From positions 113,026,001-113,090,000 of the forward strand of contig OZ024741.1 of the NCBI GenBank assembly GCA_964016885.1: a stretch of 64,000 nt of DNA, in the 5' to 3' direction. Below the pieces are notes generated by a model, which saw only the letters and a program-made list of their open reading frames with translations, did not search any database and was not told the origin of the DNA. This document shows positions 10,857 through 23,319 of this stretch, piece by piece. Source of the stretch: Eledone cirrhosa (lineage: Eukaryota). The translations under genes were made by a program, and so were the position numbers. How positions within the stretch are numbered: position 1 is the stretch's first letter; every line of letters begins with the position of its first letter.

Positions 10857-13800
10857 ATGAATCTGCGAGCTACCAAGCACCCACGTGAAGCGCCAATCCA
10901 GAGACCCTCCCCTACGAGTGTCGACAAATGCCCAAAACTCCGAGTTGGTACCATCAATGTAGGCTCAATGAAAGGAAGAGCAAGAGAAATCGTAGACATG
11001 CTAGAGCGAAAGGAAGTTGATGTATGCTGTGTGCAAGAGACTAGATGGAGAGGAGAGTCTGCTAGAGTCCTTGTAGGAAAAAGCCAGTGCTACAAATTTT
11101 TCTGGGTGGGAAATGACGATGGGATGGGTGGTGTAGGTATACTACTAGCTGACAAGTGGGTAGATAAAGTAATCTCAGTGTACAGGGTAAATGCAAGAAT
11201 CATTAAACTCAGACTAGTCCTGAAGAAGACAATTACCACAATAATATCAGCTTACGCACCCAAATCGGGGCTGCCAGATGAACTTAAGGATAGGTTTTAC
11301 GAGTCCCTAATACACACTACTGCTCTAACAGACGACAAGGACTTCCTAATCATCGCAGGAGATTTTAACGGACACGTAGGTAAACACAGCAACGGCTTCA
11401 ATAGAGTACATGGAGGCCATGGAGTTGGCACAAGGAATGAGGAAGGATTCAGACTCCTAGAATTCTGCAACGCCAATGACATGTCGATATGTAACACAAA
11501 CTTTAAAAAACCCGACAACCACCTGATCACCTATAGATCAGGGTAGCACTCTAGTCAGTTAGATTTTATCCTCATCAGAGGACGTGACAGATGGACGGTC
11601 GTAAACACAAAAGCCTTCCCTAGTGAGGAATGTACATCCCAACATAGCTTAGTTGTCAGCGACCTCACGGTCAGAACTAGACGAACCCGGAAACAGAGGC
11701 CAACCTGGAGAAGAAAGATCTGGAAGCTGAAAGTCCCCTCAACCAGTAACAGATTTAAAGATATTTTACTCAACGCCTACGACAGTAAAGAGGAACAGAT
11801 AGAGACATTTAAGGTAGAAGAGAACTGGGAGTTCCTAAAAAATAATTTACTAGAGGCGACGGATGAGGTCTGTGGCTGGAGTAAGACCTCAAGCAGGAGG
11901 AGAGTGACTTGGTGGTGGAACAATAAGGTAGATGAAGCAGTTAAGGCCAAGAGACAGGCATGGAAAGAATGGAAGAACGGGGGAAGCAGGGTACATTACA
12001 TAGAGACCAAGAGGGAAGCTAGGCGACAAGTATACTTAGCTAGGAGGGAAGCAGAGGATAGAAAATTCAAGTATGTTTTACAACGTGAGGACCAGACACA
12101 GGAGGTATTCAAGATTGCGAGGCAGTGTGTCAGAGATAGTTGTGATGTCATTGGAGAGAAGTGTATCCGGAATGATAAAGGTGAGCTTGCCCTCACAAGT
12201 GCTGAGAAGAAAGATGCATGGAAGAGTCATTATGATAGATTACTAAATGAGGAGAATGCATGGGAAGAAGAGACCCTACCCCAAGTAGACCCTATAGAGA
12301 GACCAGCAGTACAAGTCAGCAGCAGCGTAGTAAGTAAGGCAATCAAAGATATGAAGATGGGGAAGGCAACCGGTCCATCGGGTATAGCTGCCGAGATGCT
12401 GAAGGCATCTGGGTCTGTAGGTCACACTATAACCACACGTATCGTTAACCAGGTAATACTAGAAGGGGCCATACCAAAAGATTGGTGCAGTAGCATCATT
12501 GTCAACTGCTACAAAGGTAAAGGCGATGCACTAGATAGAGGAAACTATAGAGGTATAAAGTTGATGGACCAGGTCATGAAAGTAACAGAAAGAGTTATAG
12601 CATAGCTGATTAGGGACCGGGTGAATATAGACGAGATGCAATTTGGGTTTGTACCAGGAAGAAGCACCACTGATGCCCTCTTCCCTGTGAGGCAATTACA
12701 GGAAAAGTACCTAGCTAAAAGTAAGCCACTCTACTTGGCATTTGTCGACCTTGAGAAAGCCTTTGACAGAGTTCCACGTGCTGTAATCTGGTGGGCTCTT
12801 AGAAAACTAGGAGTAGATGAATGGCTTGTGAAAGCGGTACAAGCCATGTATAGGGGAGCAGTCAGCAAAGTTAGGATTAGCAATGAGTATAGCGAGGAAT
12901 TTAGCGTACAGGTTGGGGTCCACCAGGGCTCTGTTCTTAGCCCTCTCCTGTTCATCATAGTCCTGCAGGCAATAACGGAGGAGTTTAAGACCGGATGCCC
13001 ATGGGAACTCCTGTATGCTGATGACCTCGCACTCATAGCTGAATCTATGGTAGAACTAGAGAATAAATTCCAAACCTGGAAGCAGGGACTAGAGAGAAAG
13101 GGTCTCAAAGTCAACATGACCAAGACTAAGGTCCTTGTAAGTAGACGAGAAAACAGAACCCAGATCCCCTCGGGGAAATGGCCTTGCTCAGTATGTAGGA
13201 AAGGTGTAGGTAGGAACTCCATTCTCTGCCCCAAATGCAAACAATGGGTACACAAGAGATGTAGCGGGATCTCAGGAAGCTTAATTAAGAATGTAGGATT
13301 CACATGCAGCAGCTGTGCTGAAACAGCAAGCAGCAAACAGCCACAGGAAACAAGTACCACCAATCTCTGGGAGGGCCCTGTAGAAACAGTAGACAGCTTC
13401 TGCTACCTAGGTGACCGAATTAGCAACGGAGGTGGGTGTTCAGAAAGTACAATAACTAGGGTAAGAACGGGATGGAAGAAGTTTAGGGAACTACTACCAC
13501 TGCTAGCTGCAAAAGGCTTCTCCCTCAGAATGAAAGGCAGACTGTATGATGCGTGTATCCGAACAGGGATGTTGCATGGTAGTGAGACCTGGGCGCTGAA
13601 GGTGGAAGACTTACATAGATTAGAGAGAAACGAAGCCTGCATGCTCCGATGGATGTGTAACAGTAATATACGTGAACGACAAAGCATAAATGAATTGAGA
13701 GAGAGACTGAGCATAAGAGGAATCAAATGCTGTGTGCAGGAGAGGCGGTTGCGCTGGTATGGACATGTGATGCGTATGAAGGATGACAGCTGCATAAAAA

Positions 13801-13979
13801 GGTGCAGAGCACTAGAAGTTGATGGAAACCGCGGAGTGGGGAGACCCAAGATGACCTGGGATGAGGTGATAAAAGCCGACCTTACCCAATTACACCTCTC
13901 AAAGACAATGACACACGACCATGACTTCTGGCGTCACGCAGTAATACAGAGTACCCGACCTCCCATGGGTACATGCTGA
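10857..13979 (+). pseudogene. RTE polyprotein (APE endonuclease + reverse transcriptase), ~1040 codons with two in-frame TAG stops
   Basis: Track ORFs at 10857, 11904 and 12621 share one frame; motifs GTINV, VQETRW, GDFNGH, DLEKAFD, QGSVLSP, YADD; stops at 11544-11546 and 12603-12605; no frameshift seen. Confidence 0.93.
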
Positions 13980-14290
13980 AGCATATAAACAATATGCCCC
14001 CACACACCCCCACCGCAAGGTGGTCGTGGAGGTGCCACGGCAAAAAACCACCCAGCCCACACTGTAAAGTGGACGTGTAGGCGCCACGAAAAAGCACCCA
14101 GCACTCACTGTAAATGAGGTTGGTGTTAGGAAGGGCATCCAGCTGTAGAAATCAAGCCAGATCAGTTCCTCTATGAACAAGGCATGGTCAGCCGACCAGA
14201 CACTGCACACAACAGGACAACCCGTCTAACCTATGCTAGCGTGGAAGAACGGACGTAAAATGGTGATGATGATGATGATGATGATGATAT
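10857..14290 (+). mobile_element. Near full-length RTE-clade LINE (RTE family A)
   Basis: Single APE-RT reading frame, 3'UTR with internal cacactgtaaa repeats, terminal hairpin and (GAT)n tail; 5' boundary uncertain and may extend to ~10400. Confidence 0.92.
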
Positions 14291-14296
14291 ATATAT

Positions 14297-14605
14297 AAAG
14301 CATGACGCAGACTTCAGGCACCAATACATCCATATATATACAATTGTAGAACCCCCCCCCCTCCCACATACATAAGTAGAAGCTCTCAGACATCGCAGTC
14401 ACAGAAGAATATACTATATATATATATATATATATATAATCATTGTTTTTACATCCGCTATATATATATATATATAGTATATTCTTCTGTGACTGCGATG
14501 TCTGAGAGCTTCTACTTATATATGTGTATGTATGTATGTGTGTGTGTGGGGGGGTCTTCAATTGTATATATGGATGTATTGGTGCCTGAAGTCTGCGTCA
14601 TGCTT
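14297..14605. repeat. Fold-back/MITE-like inverted repeat (~130-bp arms around a TA-rich spacer)
   Basis: aaagcatgacgcagacttcaggcaccaatacatcc...cacagaagaatatac vs gtatattcttctgtg...ggatgtattggtgcctgaagtctgcgtcatgcttt. Confidence 0.85.
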
Positions 14606-16271
14606 TTTAGTCTCTCTCAATTTGTTATCAATGAATGATGGAAATAAATCCAGTGATGAATGTTGGGAAAAACAAAGAATGAGATGGCTGAGTTATAGTG
14701 TTGATGAAGAATGAAAGTGACTGGATAACATATGTGTTGGAAATGAAATATGGAAGAAAATATATGAAGCTGAAGATCAAGAAAGCCGGATGAAGGGTGG
14801 AATAAAAACCTGGGAATTAATGGGGGGCATGCTGACAATGGGGCAAAACAAAGAAAATTGTCAAGGGGTCTGCAAGATTGACATCTGCTTTAGCAGGGGA
14901 AATTGCTTTAAAATGCTTGTACTGATGATGTTTTTACTATTATGTTGCTGTCTCACTCATATTTCTTCTAATATCACAGATTATTATGTTTATTGTATTC
15001 CATTTTATACCAATTGTTTATATATTGCACTTTATATCCAGACACAACCATCTTAAGAACCTACACATCTACACACATACACAAACTTTGGCTTTTTAGC
15101 TTTCATAAAATATAATTATCATTAATAAGATGCTTATTACATAGCTGATGATGAGAATGACGTTAGGGCTGTTTTAAGTCTGTTATTTACTTAAGATCCC
15201 AAAGTTCACTTTGATTTAAGAACGGTAGATTAGGTTTTGATTTATACATAAATTGGGTATATTACTTAAATGTCAACACAAACATGCATATACACACATA
15301 TGTACATGTATATATATATGTGTGTGTATGTATATATATGTAATATATGAATATATCTATGCATGTGTATGTATGTATGTGTGTGTGTATATATATATAT
15401 ATGCATGTGTATGTATGTATATATATATATGCATGTGTGTGTATGTATGTTTTTTGTATATATATATATGTGTGTGTGTATGTGTGTATGTATGTATGTT
15501 TGTATGTATGTACATATGTATGAACTTTTATATGCATGTATTTATATGCTAGATTCATGATCATAATCGTCAATGAATATCCTTGCAGAATTTAGGTATA
15601 ACATAAGGTAAATTGTGCTTAATGCTAAAATAAGAATAATGAATTGATGACAACCAAATGTGATTTAGTTAAGCCGATAAAACAGATTAAATATAAGTCT
15701 GTATGAATTACCATTATCAGCATCTGTTTATATTTTGTAAGAATACATCTTGAATTAGTTTCACTGTATCTTTGTGTATCATAAGAGATGAGTAAAATGG
15801 TTTGTGCCAGATAGGGTATCTTGTCTAAAAGAAAATACTATGCTGAACTGCATCAATCCATGACAAGGCCCTTAGGTTTTCAAGTATTTCAGGCACTTTA
15901 ATCATCCCCTTTACTAGTAACAGTGGTTAATACTGTGTGAAAAAAGAAAGAAAAAGTCTCCATGGGACTGCAGGTTTTCAACCTAGTGAATGTCATGAAT
16001 AATATGGTCTTGGCTAACTTCTACTTGAGCTAGGAAAGTGGCCTCAAAGCACTTGCTGTTGTTGCTGGTGTCATTCTTGTGTTCATTCTCTGTACCCAGT
16101 TTAAAATATATTCATATTACCCCAGGTTCCATAGGAAGCAACTAAGTTGGTTAGGGCCAAGAAAAGCATCAGACTGTAAAATATTGCCTCAAAACAAATG
16201 CCATGATAAGTATAAAACTTGGTAAAAATATATATATATATACAGTATATACATATATTTAAACATTATGC

Positions 16272-16720
16272 GATTAGAAGACAGCTGTGGAATTTGAAAT
16301 TGAATTGAATTAGTAACTTTCACCATATTTTTGACAAGAGAAAATAACCTAAAATAAGGAAATAAGCATCAACATGTATGAGAAAAGTACCCACACCTCT
16401 TAATTTCATAACTGTCCTAGCTGATCACATCAGATTGCCCATCAGTTTTCGTCTGTTAAATTTAGAAGCTATAATTTTAATAATAAATTAATAGAAATCA
16501 TAGGCAGAATATTTCATTAGGAATATTGTAACAAAAGGATTACAGATACTTTAGCAAAAGGATTAAAGATAATCTATGTAAATATCATTGGATTAGAAGA
16601 TGGCAGTAGAATTTGAAAATTGAATTGAATTAGTAACTTTCACAATATTTTTGACTACAGGAAATAATCTAATAACAACAAGGTGTATAAGCCCCCAGAA
16701 TGGAAACAAATGAGTATCAG
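16272..16720. repeat. Diverged direct duplication of ~100 bp, spaced ~320 bp
   Basis: gattagaaga...gaatttgaaa(a)ttgaattgaattagtaactttca..atatttttgac at ~16272 and ~16591. Confidence 0.75.
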
Positions 16721-16939
16721 CAGGTGGGGGAAGATCCACGGCTTAGTTGCTGAGAACCTGACCATGTAACAAATTGTACTGGGTTACATGTTACCAGTAG
16801 TGTTTAAGAGTGACCTGAAAAAGAGGGCATGTATATATATATATATATATATAAACGATAATAAAGGGAGGAGCGCGGGACTGTGTACGGCTTATAATTT
16901 GTTATTCCGTTAGTAAAATAAGTTGGATTATTTTGAATA

Positions 16940-17126
16940 ATTAATTGTTTCTACTGTTGGCACAAGGCCAGCAATTATCCCAGTGTATTACTGGTACTTT
17001 ATTTTATCGACCCCTGTAAGGATGAAAGGCAAAGTCAACCTCGGCGGGATTTGAACTCAGATCGTAAAGGGACGTAACTATGCTGGAAAGCATGACGTCC
17101 GACCCTCTACCGATACTGCCAATCCA
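16940..17126 (-). mobile_element. SINE family B (tRNA-derived head, Deu/Nin-like core)
   Basis: Reverse complement reads ggattggcagtatcggtagagggtcggacg...gagttcaaatcccgccgaggttgactttgcctttcatcc...gtcgataaaataaaagtacc...gctggccttgtgcc. Confidence 0.88.
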
Positions 17127-17750
17127 AATAATGAATGAATATTACATAATTTATCTACTAAATTTCGTGGCTGTTGATTAAATCTATTTTGTTTATTTAA
17201 AGATTCACTTCTTTAAAATTTCTGAAATGTCAACACTTCCGGTTGGCGATCGCTTGAACAAACATACTAATTTTCTGTCACTAAATTTTTCCTAATGCAG
17301 TTTATATATAATATCGTCTTTTTTTAATGTATCAGGGATTACTTTACTGATTACATAAAACAGTGTAACACAGTCTTCGTTCAATTTCTGTGTATATTGT
17401 CAATTACGATTTTATTTGATGTATCATATCTACATGTATATATACTTGCGTATAATATCAATATACACACTACACGTGCTAGCAGAAAACCACCTGAAGG
17501 GTGGTTTTTCTGCTAGTATTTATAATAAAGAGGGGTGCACAGGACAAAGGGAACAGAAAAAAAAAACAATGGAAAATGGACAGTGCTTTCTCTTCAGTCA
17601 ACCATTAGAAAGGATATCCAGCTATAGAAACGAAGCCAAAATCACTTCTGCATGAGCAAGACTTGGTCACCTGACCTGCATTGCTCACTATAGGATAACT
17701 CGTCTAACCCATGGTAGTGTGGAATAATGGACGTTAAACAGAGATGATGA

Positions 17751-17800
<50 letters not shown>

Positions 17801-17814
17801 GAATTTTATATATC

Positions 17815-17969
17815 TAGGGCTGATGGATAGCGCCATCTAGCGGATTTCACCAGAATTAGCAAGGATAACTATCAATGCATATCTGGCTTTGGCTCTGGCC
17901 ACCATCAGGGCAGTGCTTCCCCCTGCTAATTCTGCTGAAATCCACTAGATGGTGCTAGCTGTCAGTCTT
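17815..17969. mobile_element. Small MITE-like inverted repeat with CTCF-like motifs in both arms
   Basis: ctgatggatagcgccatctagcggatttcaccagaattagca vs tgctaattctgctgaaatccactagatggtgctagctgtcag. Confidence 0.65.
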
Positions 17970-18216
17970 TCAATATTCATTGCGAGAAGGCTTTCCAAAC
18001 ATACCGGACGTAATTAAATATATAAAATTCACGTACTGATATGTATACAGCTATATCAGAGCAAAACTTTAATTTTATATATATATATATAAAATATATA
18101 TATATATCCAGAATTAGCCATCAAAACGGCTTGAGCTCAGCCATCGGGGTCCTACTCGTTCCTATATATATATATATATATGAAAAGTCTAATTTTCTAC
18201 ACAAAACGAAGGTTAT

Positions 18217-18796
18217 AGAGAAAATTGAAGTTGGTAATGGCACATGGAATATATAAGAGACAGAATACTTTTTTGTGAAAAAACATATAATTTTATAAGG
18301 TAAGGAAATAATAAAGGGTATAAAAAATGACCGGTTTCGAAGCACTAAATCCCTTTCTATCACGCTCCCCTCTCCTACCGACCACAGGAAGATATATGTA
18401 TGTATATTGCTTCCACCCCCTCACTGACCAACAGCTGGCCAGCTGGCCATTGCTAAATCTGACCTTTATAAAATAACCCACACCGCCAAATAACTTCTCA
18501 TTCACTACCAGAAAGGTACACAGCAGTCAACTTGTTGCTACCAAGATGAAAACTACTATGAAATCCCACAATGAATTTTATACTTGAATTTTCAAATCTC
18601 AAATTTTAACTCTTCTTATTATTAATTTTTCTTAATATTAATCAACATTTGAAAAGATGGCTTTTGCAGACCCATCGAAACCGGTCATTTTTTATACCCT
18701 TTATTATTTCCTTACCTTATAAAATTATGTTTTTTCACAAAAAAGTATTCTGTCTCTTATATATTCCATGTGCCATTACCAACCTCAATTTTCTCT
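18217..18796. mobile_element. Non-autonomous DNA transposon with ~125-bp TIRs (MULE-like length)
   Basis: agagaaaattga.gttggtaatggcac...ccggtttcga (18217-18340) vs tcgaaaccgg...accaacctcaattttctct (18675-18796); superfamily is inferred. Confidence 0.75.
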
Positions 18797-18805
18797 CTCT
18801 CTCTC

Positions 18806-18880
<75 letters not shown>

Positions 18881-19384
18881 CCCATGCTAGCATGGAAGTT
18901 GGATGTTAAATGATGAAACTATAGTAAAAGACACTTACTTTTTTAATCCCAAGCCATATGAGGAGGACATGGTTTAACTACTTAACTACTAGTATGCCTA
19001 CGCCTAGAAAAGTTGAATGCTGTTTGTGAAATATTACATTAGCTGCTGGTAACATAGCAAATGGAAGGAGGCTGAAACATCTGACATGAAGCTGCAAACT
19101 AATTATTGCTGAAGATTACAGAAACATTTATTTTAATATAAACAATCAGACAATTTGTCTTTACTTGTGTCAAAATGATAAAGATACTGAAACTGAGCTA
19201 ATGGATTTCTAAATGTGTTCCCATTGGACAGCAAATAGCAATGGCAAGCAGATTATTTCTTGTCTCTGTTTGCATGCTACTGTAATGAACCAGTTTCAAA
19301 TCAGTCTCTAATGAGTTAATAATTGCAAATTCTAATGATCAGACTAGAGCATAATGGTCACATTGCTGGTTACTATTTACATTT

Positions 19385-19840
19385 ATAGGGTGGAGGACAT
19401 CCAACAGATGCTTAGTAATATTTGTTCTGGCTCTATATGTTTTGAGTTCAAGTTTGCCAAGGCTTACTTTGCCTTTAATCCTTTTGAGGTCAATAAAATA
19501 AAGTACCAGTCAAGTACTGGGGTCAATATAATCCAGTTTGCCTTCCCCCAAATATAAGACTTTGTGCCAAAATTAGATAACAATGTTAGAAAACAATATT
19601 AGAAAACAAAATTAGAAAACAATAATAATAAAAGGATGGTGGATTGGCAGAATTGGTACAGCATTAAAGTATTTATTGTGGCTCTTAACATTCTGAGTTC
19701 AAATCCCATCGAAATCAACTTTGGCTTTCATTCTTTCAAGGTTGCTAAATAAAGTACCACCCAAATACTCAATATATTCAATATTGCCCCCTCCCCCTCC
19801 AACAAAAAGAAACCTGGCTTGTGCCCAAATTAGGATTCAT
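19385..19840 (+). mobile_element. Two degenerate SINE family B copies
   Basis: gagttcaa..., ctttgcctttaatcc / ctttggctttcattc, aaataaagtacc and cttgtgcc motifs each occur twice. Confidence 0.7.
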
Positions 19841-19855
19841 TATTTATTCTAACTA

Positions 19856-20045
19856 AGGCATGGATTGGCAGTATCTGTAGAGGGTCGGACGCCATGCTTT
19901 GACGGATAGAGTTACGGCCCTTGCCATTCTGAGTTCAAATCCCGCCGAGGTTAACTTTGCCTTTCATCCTTACGGGGTCGATAAAATAAAGTACCAGTAA
20001 TGCACTGGGATAATTACTGGCCTTGTGCCAAATGTAGAAACAATT
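19856..20045 (+). mobile_element. SINE family B, young copy
   Basis: Full head, core and tail; close match to 22144-22334. Confidence 0.9.
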
Positions 20046-22143
20046 CATCATCATCATCATCATCATCGTTTAACGTCCATGTTCCACGCTTGCATGGGTT
20101 TGGACGGGAATTTTCCCACTTGAGGCAAGAGTGGTTGCCATTGCTCGCATAGGACTGTCTGGCGGGTTTTCTACAGTTGGATGCCCTTCTTAACACCAAC
20201 CACATTTACAGTGAGGGACTGGGACGCTTTTACCGTGTTGCCTACACGGCCACATTACAGCGTGGACTGTCTGGCGGGTTTTCTACAGCTGGATGCCCTT
20301 CCTAACACCAACCACATTTACAGTGTGGGACTGTGAGATTTTTACCGTGTTGCCTACACGGCCACATTACAGCGTGGACTGTGTGTTATTTTGTCATGAC
20401 ACCTACACGATCACATTTGTTTCGGCCTGGATGTTGTGGCACCAACATAACTTTACATAGAAGGGGGCGGTGTGGATGGGGGTGGGAGAGGTGGGACGGG
20501 GTGTATTTTGTTAGAGATGCCTACTGACTGTAGTAGGTTTTACTATGTATTTAGGTAAGGCGGGTCTTCTCTATTACTGAGTACCACCAAAGGTCTCGGT
20601 CCAGTGACATTGTCTTGGAGAGGTGTAAGTGTGTGAGGTCGGAATTTATCAGCTCGTCCCGGGTTTTTCTGGGTCTGCCTACTCCGTGGCTACCGTCTAT
20701 CTTTATTGCCCTGCACTTTGTTATACAGCTGTCGTCTTTCATGCGCATCACGTGACCATACCAACGTAGCCTTCTCTCGAGTAAACAACATCTGATCCCT
20801 CTTATTTCTAATTTTTTCCTTAGTTCGTTTATGCTTTGCCGTTCACATATATTACTATTACACATCCAGCGGAGCATGCAAGCTTCGTTCCTCTCTAGTC
20901 TGCATATATCCTCGGCACACAATGCCCAGGTCTCACTGCCATGCAACATTGCTGTTCGTATGCAGGCATCATACAACCTGCCTTTCATTTTTAGGGAGAA
21001 CCCTTTAGCGGCTAATAGTGGTATAAGCTCTCTGAACTTTTTCCATCCAGTTCTGACTCTAGCTACTGTACGTTCAGAGCACCCTCCCCCACTGCTAATT
21101 TTGTCACCCAGGTAACGGAAGCTGTTCACTATTTCTATAGAACCCTCTGCGCAATTGAAAGAGCTAGTATTTAGTGGGCACTTGCTGCTACTTATTGCAC
21201 CAGAGCACCGGCCACATGTAAAATCTATGTTCTTAGTTAGCTTACCTGTGATCCCACTACATCTTTTATGCACCCATACTTTGCATTTGGGACATAAAAT
21301 GGAGTTTCTACCTACGCCTTTCCTACACACTGAGCATGGCCACTTCCCAGAAGGGACCGCCGCCTTATTTTCTTTCCTACAAACTAGAACTTTAGTCTTA
21401 GCCAGGTTAATTTTAAGGCCTTTTGATTCTAGGCCATGCTTCCATTTTTGGAATTTCTTCTCTAGCTCGGCCATTGATTCAGCTATGAGCGTTAGATCAT
21501 CTGCGTATAGGAGTTCCCATGGGCAGCCGGTCTTGAACTCCTCTGTTATAGCCTGAAGGGCAATAATAAATAGTAGGGGGCTAAGAACAGAGCCCTGATG
21601 GACACCAACTTTTACGCTAATCTCTTCACTATATTCGTTGTTAATTCTAACCTTGCTGACTGTTTCTTTATACATGGCTTGTATAGCTCTCACAAGCCAT
21701 TCGTCAACACCTAGTTTTCTAAGAGCCCACCAGATAATGGAATGGGGGACTCTGTCGAAGGCTTTCTCCAAGTCGACAAAAGCTAAGTATAGGGGTTTAC
21801 TTTTAGCTAGGTACTTCTCCTGTAGTTGTCGTACAATGAAAAGAGCGTCTGTGGTACTTTTGCCTGACACAAACCCGAACTGCATTTCATCTAGATCAAT
21901 TATCTCTCTGATTAGTTGCGCTATTACTTTTTCCGTGACCTTCATGACCTGATCGATTAATTTAATGCCTCTATAGTTACTCCTATCTAGGGCATCTCCT
22001 TTACCCTTATAACAGTTAATGATGATGCTGCTATGCCAGTCCTTCGGAACAAACCCATTCTGTACGACTTGGTTTACTATCCGGGTGACCATGGTGTGTC
22101 CCACCGTTCCAGATGCCTTCAGCATCTCAGCAACTATTTCCGA
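20046..22143 (-). mobile_element. 5'-truncated RTE LINE (RTE family B) with an open 524-aa RT/C-terminal ORF (20551-22125)
   Basis: DLEKAFD, QGSVLSP, YADD and the Cys/His insert; 3'UTR has a ~112-bp internal duplication; (GAT)n tail at 20046-20067. Confidence 0.93.
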
Positions 22144-22334
22144 AGGCGGAGGATTGGCAGTATCGGTAGAGGGTCGGACGCCATGCTTTGATGCATAGAG
22201 TTACGGCCTTTGCCATTCTGAGTTCAAATCCCGCCGAGGTTAACTTTGCCTTTCGTCCTTACGGGGTCGATAAAATAAAGTACCAGAAATGCACTGGGTA
22301 ATTGCTGGCCTTGTGCCTAAAAGTAGAAACAATT
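22144..22334 (+). mobile_element. SINE family B, young copy
   Basis: Abuts the RTE truncation point; shares the gagttacggcc.ttgccattc variant with the 19856 copy. Confidence 0.9.
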
Positions 22335-22490
22335 ATTTAGTCTAACTATCCTGACTTTGTTATGAATCTTTTCTAATCCATCTTTCCATTTGCCAATATC
22401 CTGTAAGATGTTTTCTAATTTCTTGAGAAAAAATATAGCAATAAAAGAATGTTTTAATGTTTTAAAATTAATTATTATTATTATTATTAT

Positions 22491-22786
22491 TACAGTTGCA
22501 CTTATCTTGCTTTATGTTCATACGAGTTATCACCAAGTCACAACCAGTGACCTCAAGAGACAACAAGGTCCGCCATGTTCAGGAAAGAACATACATACTC
22601 ACACATGCATCTTCAGTGTTTAGACTTGTGATGTACTTATATTGACAGAATCTTCCTTAGTATATGGGCAGTTCCCATTAGTACTATCTTTTGTATTTCT
22701 CCTATACGCGGGTTTCCTGGGATTTGCGATAAGTAATCATTAGACCCCTTTAGGTATCATTCCCAGAGCGCCTACAACGACTGGTA

Positions 22787-22790
<4 letters not shown>
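22491..22790 (-). mobile_element. R4/Dong-like family B, 5'-truncated 3' fragment
   Basis: Nearly identical to 27813-28110; bounded by (TTA)n on both sides. Confidence 0.9.
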
Positions 22791-22839
<49 letters not shown>

Positions 22840-22845
22840 ATTATT

Positions 22846-23290
22846 GTTCTTTGAGTCTCAGTCATTGATGTTATTTAACTGGAAAGTTTGTTGAAATGAA
22901 TATCAAGCCGTTACCTGCAGCCTAAGATATTCAGGACGTATCGGAGGGTTCTTGCTGTTCCCAGAAAGCATGCCTTTTGAAGTGTTCCAAAAAGCGTGGC
23001 TGGACTAATTTTCTTTAACCATCCTTGGAAACTTTTTGAGATAGTACCTAGTGCGCCTATGACAATTGGGGCCACTTTGACTTCATGGCAGTTCCAAATC
23101 CTTTTTACCTCCCACTTTAAGTCCTGGTATCGGTTAATTTTCTCCCTCTCCTTTTCTTGCACTCTTGTGTCAAATGGGAAGGCTACATCTACAATCAGGC
23201 ACAATCTTTTTTCCTTGTCCAAAACCACCAGGTCAGGCCTATTGTGTTCCAGTTTCTTGTCCTTCTGTATCCTAAAATCCCATAGCACAC
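22846..23290 (-). mobile_element. R4/Dong-like family A, 5'-truncated 3' fragment
   Basis: LWDFRIQ..NRPDLVVLD..EKINRY..GALG RLE domain; near-identical to 23320-23765; bounded by (TTA)n. Confidence 0.92.
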
Positions 23291-23319
23291 ATATTATTAT
23301 TATTATTATTATTATTATT

